64,000 nucleotides of DNA from NCBI RefSeq assembly GCF_009914755.1, contig NC_060926.1; one strand, written 5' to 3'. Below the pieces are notes generated by a model. It made no database searches and was not told where the DNA came from. It saw only the letters and a list, made by a program, of their open reading frames with translations. A program made the position numbers and the translations under genes. Below, one piece after another: positions 1 through 24,538 of this stretch (position 1 is its first letter; the number at the start of each line of letters is the position of its first letter). The DNA is from the human T2T-CHM13v2.0 reference genome, Homo sapiens.

Positions 1-44
1 GTAACTGCCTCACGAGAAAACCCAAGTTCAAGAGGTGAAATGAG

Positions 45-345
45 GCCGGGCACGGTGGCTCATGTCTGTAATCTCAGCACTTTGGGAGGCTGAAGCGGGT
101 GTTCGAGACCAGCCTGGGCAACATGGTTAAACCCTGTCTCTACTAAAAATACAAAAGTTAACCAGGCATGGTGGTGCATGCCTGTAATCCCAGCCACTTG
201 GAAGCTGAGGCATGAGAATCACTTGAACCCAGGAGGTGGAGGTTGCTGTGAGCCAAGATTGCATCACTGCACTCCAGCCTGGACAACAGATCGAGACTCT
301 GTCTCAAAAAATAAATAAACAAATAAATAAATAAATAAATAATAA
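45..345 (+). repeat. Alu with a left-arm deletion
   Basis: ggccgggcacggtggctca through to a (taaa)n tail. Confidence 0.9.
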
Positions 346-454
346 AATTCTACCTTCAAAATTACTGTCTCCTAATACTTTATAACTACTCTGTAGTTTG
401 AAGATGATCTGTTCTCTCTCTGGAAGCTTTTAGAGCTTTCTCTTTGTCATATTA

Positions 455-765
455 TTATTATTATTATCATTTTGAGAGAGGGTCTTACTCTATGGCCCAG
501 GCTGGAGTGCAGTGGTGCATGATCACAGCTCACTGAAGCCTTGACCTCCTGGGCTAAAGTGATCCTCCTGCCTCAGCCTACCCAGTAGCTAGGACTACAG
601 GCAAGTGCCACCATGACTAGCTATTTTTTTTTTTTTTTATTTTTTCGTAGAGATAGATAGGGTCTCAAAATGTTGTTCAGGCTTGTCTCAAACTCCTGGC
701 CTCAAGTGATCCTCCTGCTTTGGCCTCCCAAAGTGTAGGATTACAGGCATAAGCCACTTTGCCCA
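455..765 (-). repeat. AluJ-like
   Basis: Antisense Alu dimer. Confidence 0.85.
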
Positions 766-2034
766 GTCTCCTCATTATTTTTATTTATTATTATTTTTTG
801 CTTATTATTTTTAAATTTTATACTTGTACCTAGGAATTGATTTTTCCTTATCTCTTGTTAGCTCTTTATAAGTCCTTTCAAATAAGGTCATTTTTTTGGA
901 AATGTATCTCCATTATTTCTTCAAGTATTTCCTCCACTCTATTTTTACTTCTTATGCCATCTGAATTTATTGCTCAGGTGTTCGCACTTTTATGTTTATC
1001 ATCCACATTTCCAAGCTTTTCTTCTCTATTTCTTATGTTTTAGTCTTATTGTGAGACCACCACAATCATGTGTTCATATATTCTTTCTTCAACTATATCC
1101 ATTCTATTTCATTTGTCAAATTTGATTAATTTCCATTTATCAAATTCTTTGTTTTAGCTATTTTATTTTTCCTACCTAATATTTTCACTTAGTTTGTTTT
1201 AATGATATCTTGTTCTTGCTGCATATTGCTAACATTTTCTCTTGTCTCCTATTTAAGGAGCATTATTAGATTTTGGGACCTTCTGCTTCAACATGTGTGA
1301 TCAGATGATACGTGCTGCTTGTGTAGACTTTTCCTCCTCAACTGTCCAGTTATTTGGCTGTGGGCTCATTTTCCTTTGGGAAAATGTTTGGTCATACGTA
1401 CTGGGAGGGGCCAAGGCCAGCCTCATCTATGTTGGTTCCGGCCATGTGAGGACTGAGAATCCAGGGATCACAGACCCCTTAGTGAATCCCTGTCTGAGGC
1501 CAATCCACTAATCACTCCTTTGGCTGGAGTTTTCACTTTTAAACCCTTAGGAGGAAATAAGATAATCTATAGTACTGGCAATTTGGTTGGAAGCACGGTG
1601 AAGGAACTACCTGAGGGCTGTCTGTGACTATTTTTGTGAATTCTCTCCCATGCCCCCCGCAGAGTTTGTGTTGCTGATATCAGTGGACAATGCTCCGGGC
1701 ACTGTTAACTGTCATGCTGAAGGAGTCAGGCTGATGACTATCTCTCTCAAGGCAACTTGAAGGAACAGAGCAGAATGTAAAGGCTGCCCAACCAGTTCTT
1801 CATGATGCCCAGGCTACACCCCCACACTAATTTCAGTAGTCTTCAGTCTCGGAGAGGGTAGTGAGAAATTCCCTAATTTCCCCGCTTAGTGTTAGTGTAT
1901 CTCTCTCCTGTCCTTCCACTATCTGTTTAGGGTTGATTTTGAAGATCTTTGCAGGGATTCTCTACCATGTAGTATCTTATTTATGTATTTATATAGAATG
2001 AATGAATGAGGTGGTGTGTTATTGTCTTTTTCTT

Positions 2035-2322
2035 TTCCTTTTTTTTGAGACAGGGTGTCCCTCTGTGGCCCATGCTGGAGAGCAGTGGCATAATCATGGC
2101 TCACTGCAGCCTGGACATCTCTGCGCTCAGGTGATCCTCCCACTTCAGCCTCCCCAGTAGCGGGGATCACAGGCATGTGCCACCACGCCTGGCTAATTTT
2201 TTGTAGAGACTGGGTCTGGCCATGTTGCCCCAGGCTGTTCTTGAACTTCTGGGCTCAAGCCATCCTCCTGCCTCAGCTTCCCGAAGTGCTGGGATTACAG
2301 GTGTGAGCCACTGTGCCCGGCC
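2035..2322 (-). repeat. AluJ-like
   Basis: Antisense Alu dimer. Confidence 0.85.
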
Positions 2323-2867
2323 AGTGTCTTCATCTTTATAATATTTTATAGTATCTTCAACTATAAAATGGGGATAATGGTCACCTCAAAGAGCAGTTGT
2401 GGATTTTGGATATTTTATATCAGTTTCCAGAACAAAATAAATATTTGAAAAGTATTGAGTTTTTTTTACTTTCAAAAGACCTAATGCCTAATTTTTCTTC
2501 TCCGGGAGGGAGAAGTATGTGGATAGGTCAGTTGGCTGATTCCATCAGCATTTTCAGCCCTGGAGCAACGTTCTTTGCTGGATTGTGTTATGGCTCCAAA
2601 TACTATTGACATTAACTACTAACCTCCCAGGAACAGTGCCTAGAAGTTTTTCTTATTGACGGTGTTGGTACATATAGAAACCAACGCTAAGCCTCAGAAA
2701 TCAAGGCTGAACCATGTGATTTCTAGTTCTAAATTTTCTCTATTTTGCTACTCAAAGTGGTCTATCCATCCATGTGGTCAAGTTTGAGGAGCACAGGCTG
2801 CAATGTGGGCAATCACAAACCTTCCAGGAAAACTGTACTCGTGCTTTACGTGTTATAGTTTACAAAG

Positions 2868-3678
<811 letters not shown>

Positions 3679-4221
3679 TAGTATGGATATTTAAACAATG
3701 TTAAATCTTTCAATACATGAACATGGCATGACTTTCCATTTATTTGCGTCTTCAGTTCCTTTCATCAATGTTTTAGAGTTTTCAGTGTAGAGATCTTTCA
3801 CTTCCTTGGTTAAATGTACTCCTAGGTATTTAACTTCTTTTTAACTACTGTAAATGGGATTGCTTGCTTGCTTGCTTTTTTTTTTTTTTTGATAGCTTGT
3901 TGTTAGTGTATGAAAATGCTACTGATTTTTGCATTTTGACTGCATCTTGCAACTTTACTGAATTTGTCTATTAGTTCTAACAGGTTTGGGGTGGTACTTC
4001 AATTCTTTCAATGATGAAACCAAGGTCCGGAAAGGTGCATGTGGCTAGAGCTAGGTTAAATCCCATCTTCAATCTCAACTAGTAGGGTAATACTTTCTGA
4101 TTTTTAAGTGTGTCAAATGTATCAACAGTATGCATGGTGATTTTAGGTAGTAATTATCCTTTCTTTCCATATATATTAGAAAAAATGTAATGAACAAACC
4201 AAGTCTGGAATTTCATAGTTA

Positions 4222-4677
<456 letters not shown>

Positions 4678-5599
4678 TTACATTATAGATGCCATTCCTC
4701 TCATTTATAACAATGTTAAGATTTCTTCAATTTCATCCTGTGCAATGTATTAAAACAAGGAAAAAGTAAGCAAAAGTTCATTCATGAATATTTCCCTGAA
4801 CAGCATTTTTATTGCTTCCTTACTTTTAAAAATTACTTTTCCATTTCCCACACAAATGTAACTGAACAGTATTCATTGTATACCAGGAGTATTTCCCTTA
4901 ATCCAACATAATGACTTACTACAAATAGAAATGAGGCAATTGATGTACTTAATCCTTTATAAAAGCTTAGAAGCCATCTTAAAATACTTCGCAGAATTTG
5001 CAAATACAGTATTTTGAGTAGGATTTTCAAACGTTTACTGTGGAATCAGAGCACAAATCTCCTCTCCAAGAAGAGAAACGTGAATACTAAAGACTCCTAT
5101 TGTGCAGTGTGGATGAAAATGGAAACATAATTCACAATTTGTTGTGGACAAGGAGCCTCACAGAGAGAATGTTTCCATGGTCTTCAAGTGTATTACTCAG
5201 CTACCCTACTAGCATTTTTTTCACTGTGCTGACAAGAAAGGGAAGAAAAAATATTCACAACCCAGGTTGCTAAACTAAGAGCTTTAATTAATGAGACTCC
5301 AGAAAGGGCCCTAGCAAGATAAAAATGTGATTGCACTGTGCTCTCTGACCTCAGTTGCAGGTTCTTTGACTTCTCTTTCATGTTCTCAGACCCTCAGTGT
5401 GAAGATATAAGGGCTGTCTGAGATTGCAAGTTGTTTTGCTAAAAAGCCTCTTTACACATCTGAAATATAACCTCTTAAACCTAACTCAGGCTTATGTTAA
5501 CACCGTGGCTTTAAACCATGCTTAGACTGCATGGAATCATAAAGATGTTGAATATAGGAAACGCTGTTAGTTTATCAATTGGGCCTACTATTAAGTTCT

Positions 5600-8722
<3,123 letters not shown>

Positions 8723-9191
8723 TCATTAGTTTGTTTTGTTTTGTCTTTGTTTTTTTTTTTTTGTCGGTTTTTTGTCCTTTTTTATTTTTCCAAACTATAT
8801 GTGCTTTGGAAATCTAAGGAGTGGGTATGAAAACAGTTTAGCCTGGTTTTTTTCCATGGTTGCTTCCACCAAGATGCCTCTGGCCTTTTCTCATCCAAAA
8901 TCAACATAAAGCTGTTTCTCCCATATCACCACCATGACTACCACACAAAGCCAAGATGTCTCCATTTTTAAATTTGTTGCTTCACAGACTTACTACTAAA
9001 CTCCTGGATGATGGGGGAGGTGGGCAACACGAGGCCCAGAATCATGCCTCTCTGTGTGATACTGGGCAAGTTACTTCACCTCACTGAGATGTTTATGGGT
9101 CTATGAAAGGAACGATCTGCACCATTTGCTCACTAGATCCCCCTTTGCATCTAAGCCATGATAATACCCCAAATAAGATGAAAGGATTTTA

Positions 9192-9877
<686 letters not shown>

Positions 9878-10229
9878 TGGACTTCGTGCATTAAAAAAAT
9901 GCCAGAACACTCCTTACTTAGTGCATAGACTTTATCAAATGTTGAATAAAAACAGAAACAAAAAGGAGACAATCCTACAATGAAAAGGAGACACTTATGT
10001 CTACCGTAGTGATTCACTGTACGTGGAGGAGGTAAGTGGGGCATGGACAGGTCTACAAATATAATACATATATACCCGACAACCACAGTGCTTTGCATTT
10101 CTTTATCAGTGAAAAACAAACTGGGATCTGAAGTGTATAAACAGTTCCCTAGTAAAGTCTATTTGAGATAAAGAATCAAATGTGCATCAATATATCAAAA
10201 CTGACAAATACAAGAAAAGCATTCAGCTA

Positions 10230-12014
10230 GAGATAATTCACAGCATTTTATTCAAGTTAATCCATTTCATTCAATAATCTTCCATATTGTTCCCAGCACC
10301 ACTATTACTATCATTATTTCTCTTCGGAGAAGACCAGGTATTAAGAAATCGGGTTTGAATTTCCATGATGCATAACTCTATGGTCAAAAATCCTTTTCCT
10401 TACCAAAAACCAACTTTTTAATCACCAGAGAAAAGAGAGAAAGACTGAGATATATTTGCAGAAATTTATATCCACTAGAGACAATTCATAGTTCATCATC
10501 TTTCAGGCTTGTGCTTTACTTGGTGGCTCTATTTTGGGGAGGGGGTTGTTTCTTATAAATATTTGTCTAATACAAATCACTTGCCCCACTGGACCACAGA
10601 AGGGAAATAAGGGCTAGTCCCCAGAAAGCAAGCAGGCAGTCCTCCTGGGAAGAAGCCCTAATGGCTCCTAGTGGTGACACAGTCATTCTGCCAGGGTGAG
10701 GGGACACAGTCATTCTGCCTCCCCAACCTCTGAGCAATAATAAAGTATAACCAAGTGAACAGGAGAGGTACTAACTAGCCGGATAATCCATGGGCTAGAA
10801 TCTCTAAACAGGAATGTTTGTGTGTTTTGAATAAATCAGAGCTGGAAAAAGACACTTTTGGAGAAGTGATGGAGAATAGAAAAGTATGAAAAAGATAAAG
10901 GTTTCTCACCAAGGAACCCACAAAAAAGGTGGTACCAGTCAGAGGTAGTCTTGGGCTTTTCTTTTGAGATGAGTGTACCCCAAATGGGTTGTGCCATTTT
11001 CACATAAAAATTGGAATGATAATGAACAAGTGAAAGTGAAATCAGTTTCCCTCCTTTGTTCAATAAACACGGATAGAGTACCTGTGTGCAAGGTAGTGGG
11101 ACAGGTGCTGAGGGGAAAGGTAAAGCTGTTTAAGCTGTGGCCCTGAGCTGAAAAAGAAATCTAGCAGTGCCATCAGACTGCACACTACAGAGTAGAGTGT
11201 CTCAGGGGCCAGGTGGAGGGAAGGATGACTTCCAGCTGCAGCATCAGGGAAGGCACTCTGCAGTCTCCCCTGTAGGTTCTCAGTGTGCCTCTGTGCCTGT
11301 GTGACCACTCAGCCTGCCCCATTCCAGGCACTTGCTCATCTTCCTTATCTTTCTCTCTAGTGTGAGAAGTGGAAGTTTAAGAGGATAAGATCCTGCTTCA
11401 CAGGTACCTAATAAATGTGTGTGGAATTGACGTGTGGTGGAGGTGTCACTATCTTAGTGCAGCAAGGCGGAAAGAGTTTTGGGAAAGGAGAGCAAAGATG
11501 GTGGTGGTGAGGGTAAGGTGTTTTCATCAGAAGGCGAGAGCAAGGGTATACAAACCAAAAAGTCAATTTAGTATGTGGCTTAGCCCAGAGCACATGAGGG
11601 CACCAACACAGCCAAAGACCATAAGAAGGTAGCTGAAGTCCTCTGCCAAATAGGACTGAAAAGCTAAAATCTTTTCAGTTTCTTTCTTAAGCAACAACTG
11701 GTCTATTCAAGCTCAACCAGAGCATATAAGAGAAAAAATGACTAATGAGAGGCTCTTAAATAGTTTTGAAGGACAGACACTTTCTAGAAAGTAGAAAGAT
11801 CACTGAGTAAACACTGCACCTCCCCTACCCCACAAACACACACAAAAAAGATGAGGATGAATGTAGAAGTGTAGAGCAAGCTTGTGGACATCCTCAAGTT
11901 TGGTTTTGGCGCTTCTGTTGGTAAGCAGTCAAGATGGTGAGAGACGCTATCCCAAAGGGGAAAGTCTGTAGGAACCAGAGTAGCTGAGCCTGACCACTTG
12001 TGTTGCCTTTATGC
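10230..12014 (-). pseudogene. Duplicated TMEM254 terminal exon (39 codons plus 3'UTR); probable last exon of the antisense lncRNA RAB6C-AS1
   Basis: Polypyrimidine tract and AG at 12016-12015, then HKGNTSGQAQLLWFLQTFPFGIASLTILTAYQQKRQNQT* (stop 11896-11894). This matches the recalled TMEM254 C-terminus HKGITSGRAQLLWFLQTFFFGIASLTILIAYKRKRQKQT. AATAAA on the minus strand at 10252-10247. Confidence 0.85.
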
Positions 12015-12689
12015 CTAAAAAAGAAAAAACAAAATTTAAACACCAGAATGTTAATCTTACAGTTTCATGGGAGTTATTGTCTTCTATATTGTTTTTTAAA
12101 ATGTATACCTTCCATTACTTTCATTGGATTTATTTTGCTGCTTTTCTCTGGCTTCTTATCTTGGATGGTTTGTTTATTTTTCTTCTTTCTTGTTTTCTAA
12201 TAAATGTATTTTGGATGGTACACTAGTCCCTGAGAACCAGTCTGGCTGGCTACTCTCTGGGGCACAGTATTATAAGACTGTTTCTCATGTGATTCGGATG
12301 GCTGCATGGAGTAAAACGCACTGGTATGGCTTCAGATCAAATGTTTTCAAGATAGACCAGATTTAAATCCTAGCGTGGCTACCTACCAGCTGTGACCTGG
12401 GCAAATCACTCAGTATCTCTCCAAATCAGTTTTCTCATCTGAAAAACAGGAATGGCAGTAGCTAGCTCACTGAGTGTTGAGATGATTTATGGGATAATAC
12501 ACACAAAGTGCTCAGGAAGGAGCCTGGCACACACTCATGATAAACACCTGCTTATATTGTCATTGAAATTCAATTGCTTAAAACGAAGTGCAAAAAAAAA
12601 AAATGACCCAATGGAAGTGAATGGCTTGCTACAGTCTCATCTGTATGGAAATAAGTCTCATTTGGATGACTTTTATTTATAATTTTAAA

Positions 12690-14340
12690 AACAATATATG
12701 TAAAAACAGTATAATTTTCTACAGTAACAGATAAAAGGAGAAAGATCATATGAATATCTTAATAAATGCAGAAGTGGCATTTGATAAATTCCACTATCCA
12801 TTCTTTTTCCACCCCCTCAGGGATGGGGGTCTCACTCTGTCACCTACAGTGGAGTACACTGGTACAATTATAGCTCACTGCAGACTCAAACTCCTGGGCT
12901 AAAGTTATCCTCCCACCTCAGCCTCCCAAGTAGCTGGGATCATCACAGGCATGCACCACCACGCCTGGCTAGGTTTTTTGTTTTTTATTTATTTATTTTT
13001 TTTGTAGGGACAGTGTCTTACTTTGTTGCCCAGGCTGGTCTTGAACTCCTGGCTTCAACTGATTCTCCTGCCTCAGCCTCCCAAAGTGCCAGGATTACAG
13101 GTGTGAGCCACCTGCGTCCACACCTAACATCCATTTTTAATAAAAGTTCTCAGCAAATTTAGAAATACAATGGAACTTCCTAATTTTGACAGAGGAGATC
13201 TACAAAACTCTAGAATAAACACGATGCAAAATGTTGAAAGTTCTCCTTTGAGGTCAAGAACGGGGCGCACTTCTAGTCAGCACTGCTGGAAGTTCTAGGC
13301 AATAGAATAAGGGAAGAAACATAAATAAAAGGTATACACAATTGAAAGAAATAAAACTGTATTTCTGGACAGTTTTATACCTGAAAAACTGAAAATAATC
13401 TACAAACTATTAGAATTAATAAATTTATTTAGCAAGGTTGCTGGGTATAAGGTCAATATAAAAAATTGACTACATTCATAAAAACTACCATCAAACAATT
13501 AGAAAATGAAAAAAAGTGAGCTGAGATCATGCCACTGAACTCCAGCCAGGGCGACAGAGCTAGACTCCATCTCAAAAAAAAAAAAAAACAGTTGGTGCGG
13601 TGGCTCAGGCGTGTAATGCCAGCACTTTGGGAGACTAACACAGGCGAATCACTTGAGCCCAGGAGTTTGACACCAGCCTAGGCAACAATAGTGAGACCCC
13701 ATCTTTTTAAAAAAGTCATTTATAATAGCATCTCAAAGTACAAGTAGCTGGAAATTAATCTAACAACAATGTGTAAAACCTCTTAAAAATTATAGATATA
13801 TTAAAGGAGATCTAAATAAATGGAGACAGATAATTTCATCGTTTAGAAGACTCAGTAATAGAAATATGTGATGCTTTCCTGACCTTAAGGAAAAAAAAGA
13901 AAAAAAAAGTAATGGAAATATGTCAATGTTCTCCAGATTAGTTCACATGGTCAATCCAATAAAAATCTCAACAGCTTTATTTTTTGTTTTTGAACACAGG
14001 ACAATGCATAGAATTTGCAAAGGTGTAGGAAAGGGCAATCCTATTGCACAAGATGAGAGGACATACTTTATCAGCTAACAATGATTATAAAGCTGCTGCT
14101 ATTAAGACAGTGTTGTGTTAGCCCAAGGATAAACAGGCCAATGGAGCAGAATAGAGTGTTGAGAAACAGATCCATACATATAAGTAAAGACAGGGCACAT
14201 CAATGAAGACTGAATGTCTCAATAAATAGCTCTGGGATAATTGGGCATCCAGATGGAAAAGGTAAAGTTGGAAACCTCTCTCTTACAAAAAAAAGCTCTA
14301 GGTAGAATGAAAACTTAAATGTCAAAAAAAAAATTCTAAA
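12690..14340 (+). repeat. Old L1M ORF2 fragments interrupted by Alus
   Basis: Degenerate L1 motifs (aataaatgcagaagtggcatttgataaattcca; ctggaagttctaggcaatagaataagg). Confidence 0.6.
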
Positions 14341-14375
14341 ACTGTTAGAAGATACTGTAAAAGAATATAACTTTA

Positions 14376-14675
14376 GGCCGGGTGCGGTGGCTCACGCCTG
14401 TAATCCCAGCACTTTGGGAGGCCGAGGCGGGTGGATCACGAGGTCAGGAAATTGAGACCATTCTGGCTAGCATGGTGAAACCCCGTCTCTACTAAAAATA
14501 CAAAAAATTAGCCGGGCGTCGTGGCGGGCGCCTGTAGTCCCAGCTACTCAGGAGGTTGAGGCAGGAGAATGGCGTGAACCTAGGAGGCGGAGTTTGCAGT
14601 GAGCCGAGATCGCGCCACTGCACTCCAGCCTGGGCGACAGAGCGAGACTCCGTCTCAAAAAAAAAAAAAAAAAAA
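14376..14675 (+). repeat. AluY, full length
   Basis: CpG-rich, with AluY diagnostics (gaatggcgtgaacc) and a TSD aaagaatataacttta on both sides. Confidence 0.92.
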
Positions 14676-14931
14676 AGAATATAACTTTAATACAAATAAA
14701 TGAATAAAATTGACTAAATTCATAAACTTCTGTTTATCAAAAGGCCCAACAGAATAAAAAGACCGTGAGAAAGGATATTTGCAAAACATCTAAATGACAA
14801 GGTACTGAAGATCAGAAAAAACAAGGAGCGCCTATGAAAAGGTAAGCAAAGGACAGACAGCCCATTAGAACATTGGTGAGATTGTGGGGAAATGGGCACT
14901 ATCATATACTTCGGTTAGAAGCATAAATTAG

Positions 14932-15351
<420 letters not shown>

Positions 15352-16790
15352 TAATCTTCAAATTCCAGATCTTGGAATTTTTTGTAAGAGAACAAATACC
15401 AAAGTGGGACAAATACACGAAATTCATGTTCATTGCTGTATTGCTTGTAATAGTAAAAAAGTAGAGACTTAAAAGCCCATCAGAAGGAGGATTTCTTAAA
15501 TACATTAAGGCACATCTATACAATAGAATTCTATGCACTAATATTAATGGATGAATAACTTTATACGTATAAACATAGACAAATAGGCATATGTTAGTCC
15601 AGTGCAGTGGCACACCTATAGTCCCAGCTACTTGGGAGGCTGAGGCTGGAGGATCTCTTGAGCACGGGTGCTCAAGGCCAGCTTGGGCAACATAGTGAGA
15701 CCCATCTCTTAAAAAATAAAATAAAATACAATTTAAAATAGGCATATATGACCATGGAAACCAATTATAGAAGAGATTATATCTATATGTATATATGTAA
15801 TTGGATTACAGGCATGAGCCACCACTCCTAGCAACTTTCAATTTTATAAGCTGAGTTTTTAACAACATTATTAACTTAAAAACAAACACGTTTGTTTTGA
15901 AATGGGTGAAACAACAAAAATATTTTGTTTTGGAAAATAAATTTATATGATCCTGTAAATGTGTAAGATACTTAGGAAAGAAAAATAAAGATGAGTTGGC
16001 ATCTTGGAAGAGCAGGCTCACTGAACAGCAGTGCTTGTTTCCTCCTCCTTCAGAGGGGTCACAGCTGGTGGCCAGGTAACTCGGAGAAGGGTTTTCCTGG
16101 GGTCATCATAACTTGTTCTCATTCACACACCTTTATCTGTATTCTTAGCTCATTTTGCCTATTTGAAAGACAAAAGCCTTTTAAGAAAGTTTTCTTAATT
16201 TAATTCACATTTCCCTTAATGATTCCACCAAGACCCAGGCAGATGTAAAAATCTCTTTGTGAGTATACTGTTTCCTGCCTTAGGAAAAAATGTTACTTCT
16301 GATACTTGAAAAATTTCACAATTTACCTGTTTTGTTCACTCGAGGCTGCCCTATCACAGAGTACTTCCACTTGTCAAGAACTTCTGTTCTGTTTCTACAT
16401 GGTAATAAAATCTACTCTACATACAAATGTTTGCAAGAACTGAAAAACCTTTCTCAGGGCTGCAGAGCCAACTGGGGTAAACAAGCAGCAAGAATCTAAT
16501 TTCTGAACTGAGACAATAAGCCATATATTCTGAAGGGAAAATTCCAGATTGTAAAAAGGTAATAATGAACATGAATGTTGGCCTCAAAGAGATACTATGT
16601 TATTTACCCTAAGGAAAAACCGTTCTATTTTTCTTGTTAAAATATTATTATGTAACAAGAACTACAAGCACCTTCAAAGAAGAGTTGAACCTCACTTTGT
16701 AATCAAATAAATACAAGTTAAAATGGCTAGATAACCGTTTTTAATCTACCAAAATAGCAAAAGGTTTTTGCCCCCCATCATCAAAAATAG

Positions 16791-21780
<4,990 letters not shown>

Positions 21781-21930
21781 GGTGTGTGTGGGTGAGTCTG
21801 GGTGTGTGTGGGTGAGTGCAGGTGTATCTGGGTGTAGGTGGGTGAGTATGGGTGTGTGTCTGCGTGTAGGTGGGTGAGTATGGGTGTGCAGGTGCGTGTG
21901 AGTATGTGTTTACATTGTGGTATGTGTCTG
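21781..21930. repeat. GT-rich degenerate tandem repeat
   Basis: Imperfect ggtgtgtgtg/ggtgagtatg units following a partial antisense Alu. Confidence 0.75.
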
Positions 21931-23289
21931 TTGGGTGCCGCCATTAGGGATTTGGAAGAGTGAGGACCATAAACTTGTAAACATTTCTACATGCCTGGTC
22001 CATAAGAAGTGTACCAAGCATGATCAAAAGTAACTAAACCAAGTAAACAAATTAGACATTAATTAAACTTAATGCTGGGCAGGAAAGAAGTATTCAAGGC
22101 CAGGTAAAATGAAGAAATATAACCAAATAAATGAAATTTTAAAATTAGTAGAATGAGACAGAAATACTTTTTAAAGTTTTTAATTTCTGATGAATATCAG
22201 TATATAAAACTAACAATTATATGGCCGTTAATTGACTAAAAACAGTACTTTAGATTTCAGCTAGTGAAACAGCCATATATGATCTTCTAATTCCATTTTT
22301 ATGTCTCAAGAATGACTTGTTTAAATAATTTTTTTTGAATTGTTACATTTTCATCTTGAAAGAGCTTCACAAAACTTACATGAGAATCTGGATTGTCATA
22401 AGAGGTCTGAGTTTTTAATGGTATGTTCGTATTTCTGTTATGTACATCGATGTCAAACATTCATTTCCTGAGCTGTTCTCCAGAACACAATTTGACTTGT
22501 AATGAACACTCAATAAATGGTTGCTTGGATAATCAAATCAACACCTTAGTTTCATCAATTTTCATTTCATATAAAAGTGACTGATCTTCCATACTCACCA
22601 ATGAAACAGAGAGAGATGAGGGAGGGATAGCAGTGGAGACTAAGAGGATGACAAGCAGACCTCATTTTGCAGTGGATATCCTACACTCTCCACTTCTGAA
22701 TGCTTGGAAACACTTGCCATACTCAAAAAACATTGCTATTTCCTAGGCAGAAAATGGGAGTTAAAGAAAATCCATATTTCTATATTACAATAACTTACAC
22801 TATAATACATGGACGACATACATTTCTAAGCTCTTCAGTTCATAGAAAATGTAGATACATTTAGGTGAGCAAGATGCAGGAGAAGGGTTAATAATCAGGC
22901 TGAGTGTGATTGTGAGATTCAGTCTAATATCTTATACAAGTCTTGGGTAATTGTATCAGTTGACATTTCTGTTCAAATGCAAGGTGGGAGAGTTTTGCAG
23001 GAGCTACTGAAACTTCCTGCCTGATGTTAGGAGAGATGTTGGTCCATGTGATTAGGCCAGATGTGTTTGCTTAATTGTGGCTTAGAAAAGTTAGGTTTCT
23101 GACCTCTCACAGAGACGGGGAGATAGGGACGTTAAATTTTATAACATTTCTATTTAATATATATTTAATAATACATAATAAAGTTTTTAAAATGTCAATT
23201 TTGTCCTTTTTCTAGTTTGCATTATTTTGTTTTCACCGCACCATTGTTTTTAGTACATATGTTTTGTGTATTTAAAAAACTGTGTTGAG

Positions 23290-24538
<1,249 letters not shown>

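Noticed and set aside
22661-22742. Possible 82-nt minus-strand exon (ttttctgcctag|G...GAG|gtctgc)
   Set aside because: Weak donor, stops in all three frames and no recognised parent. It could be a lncRNA exon but is unsupported.
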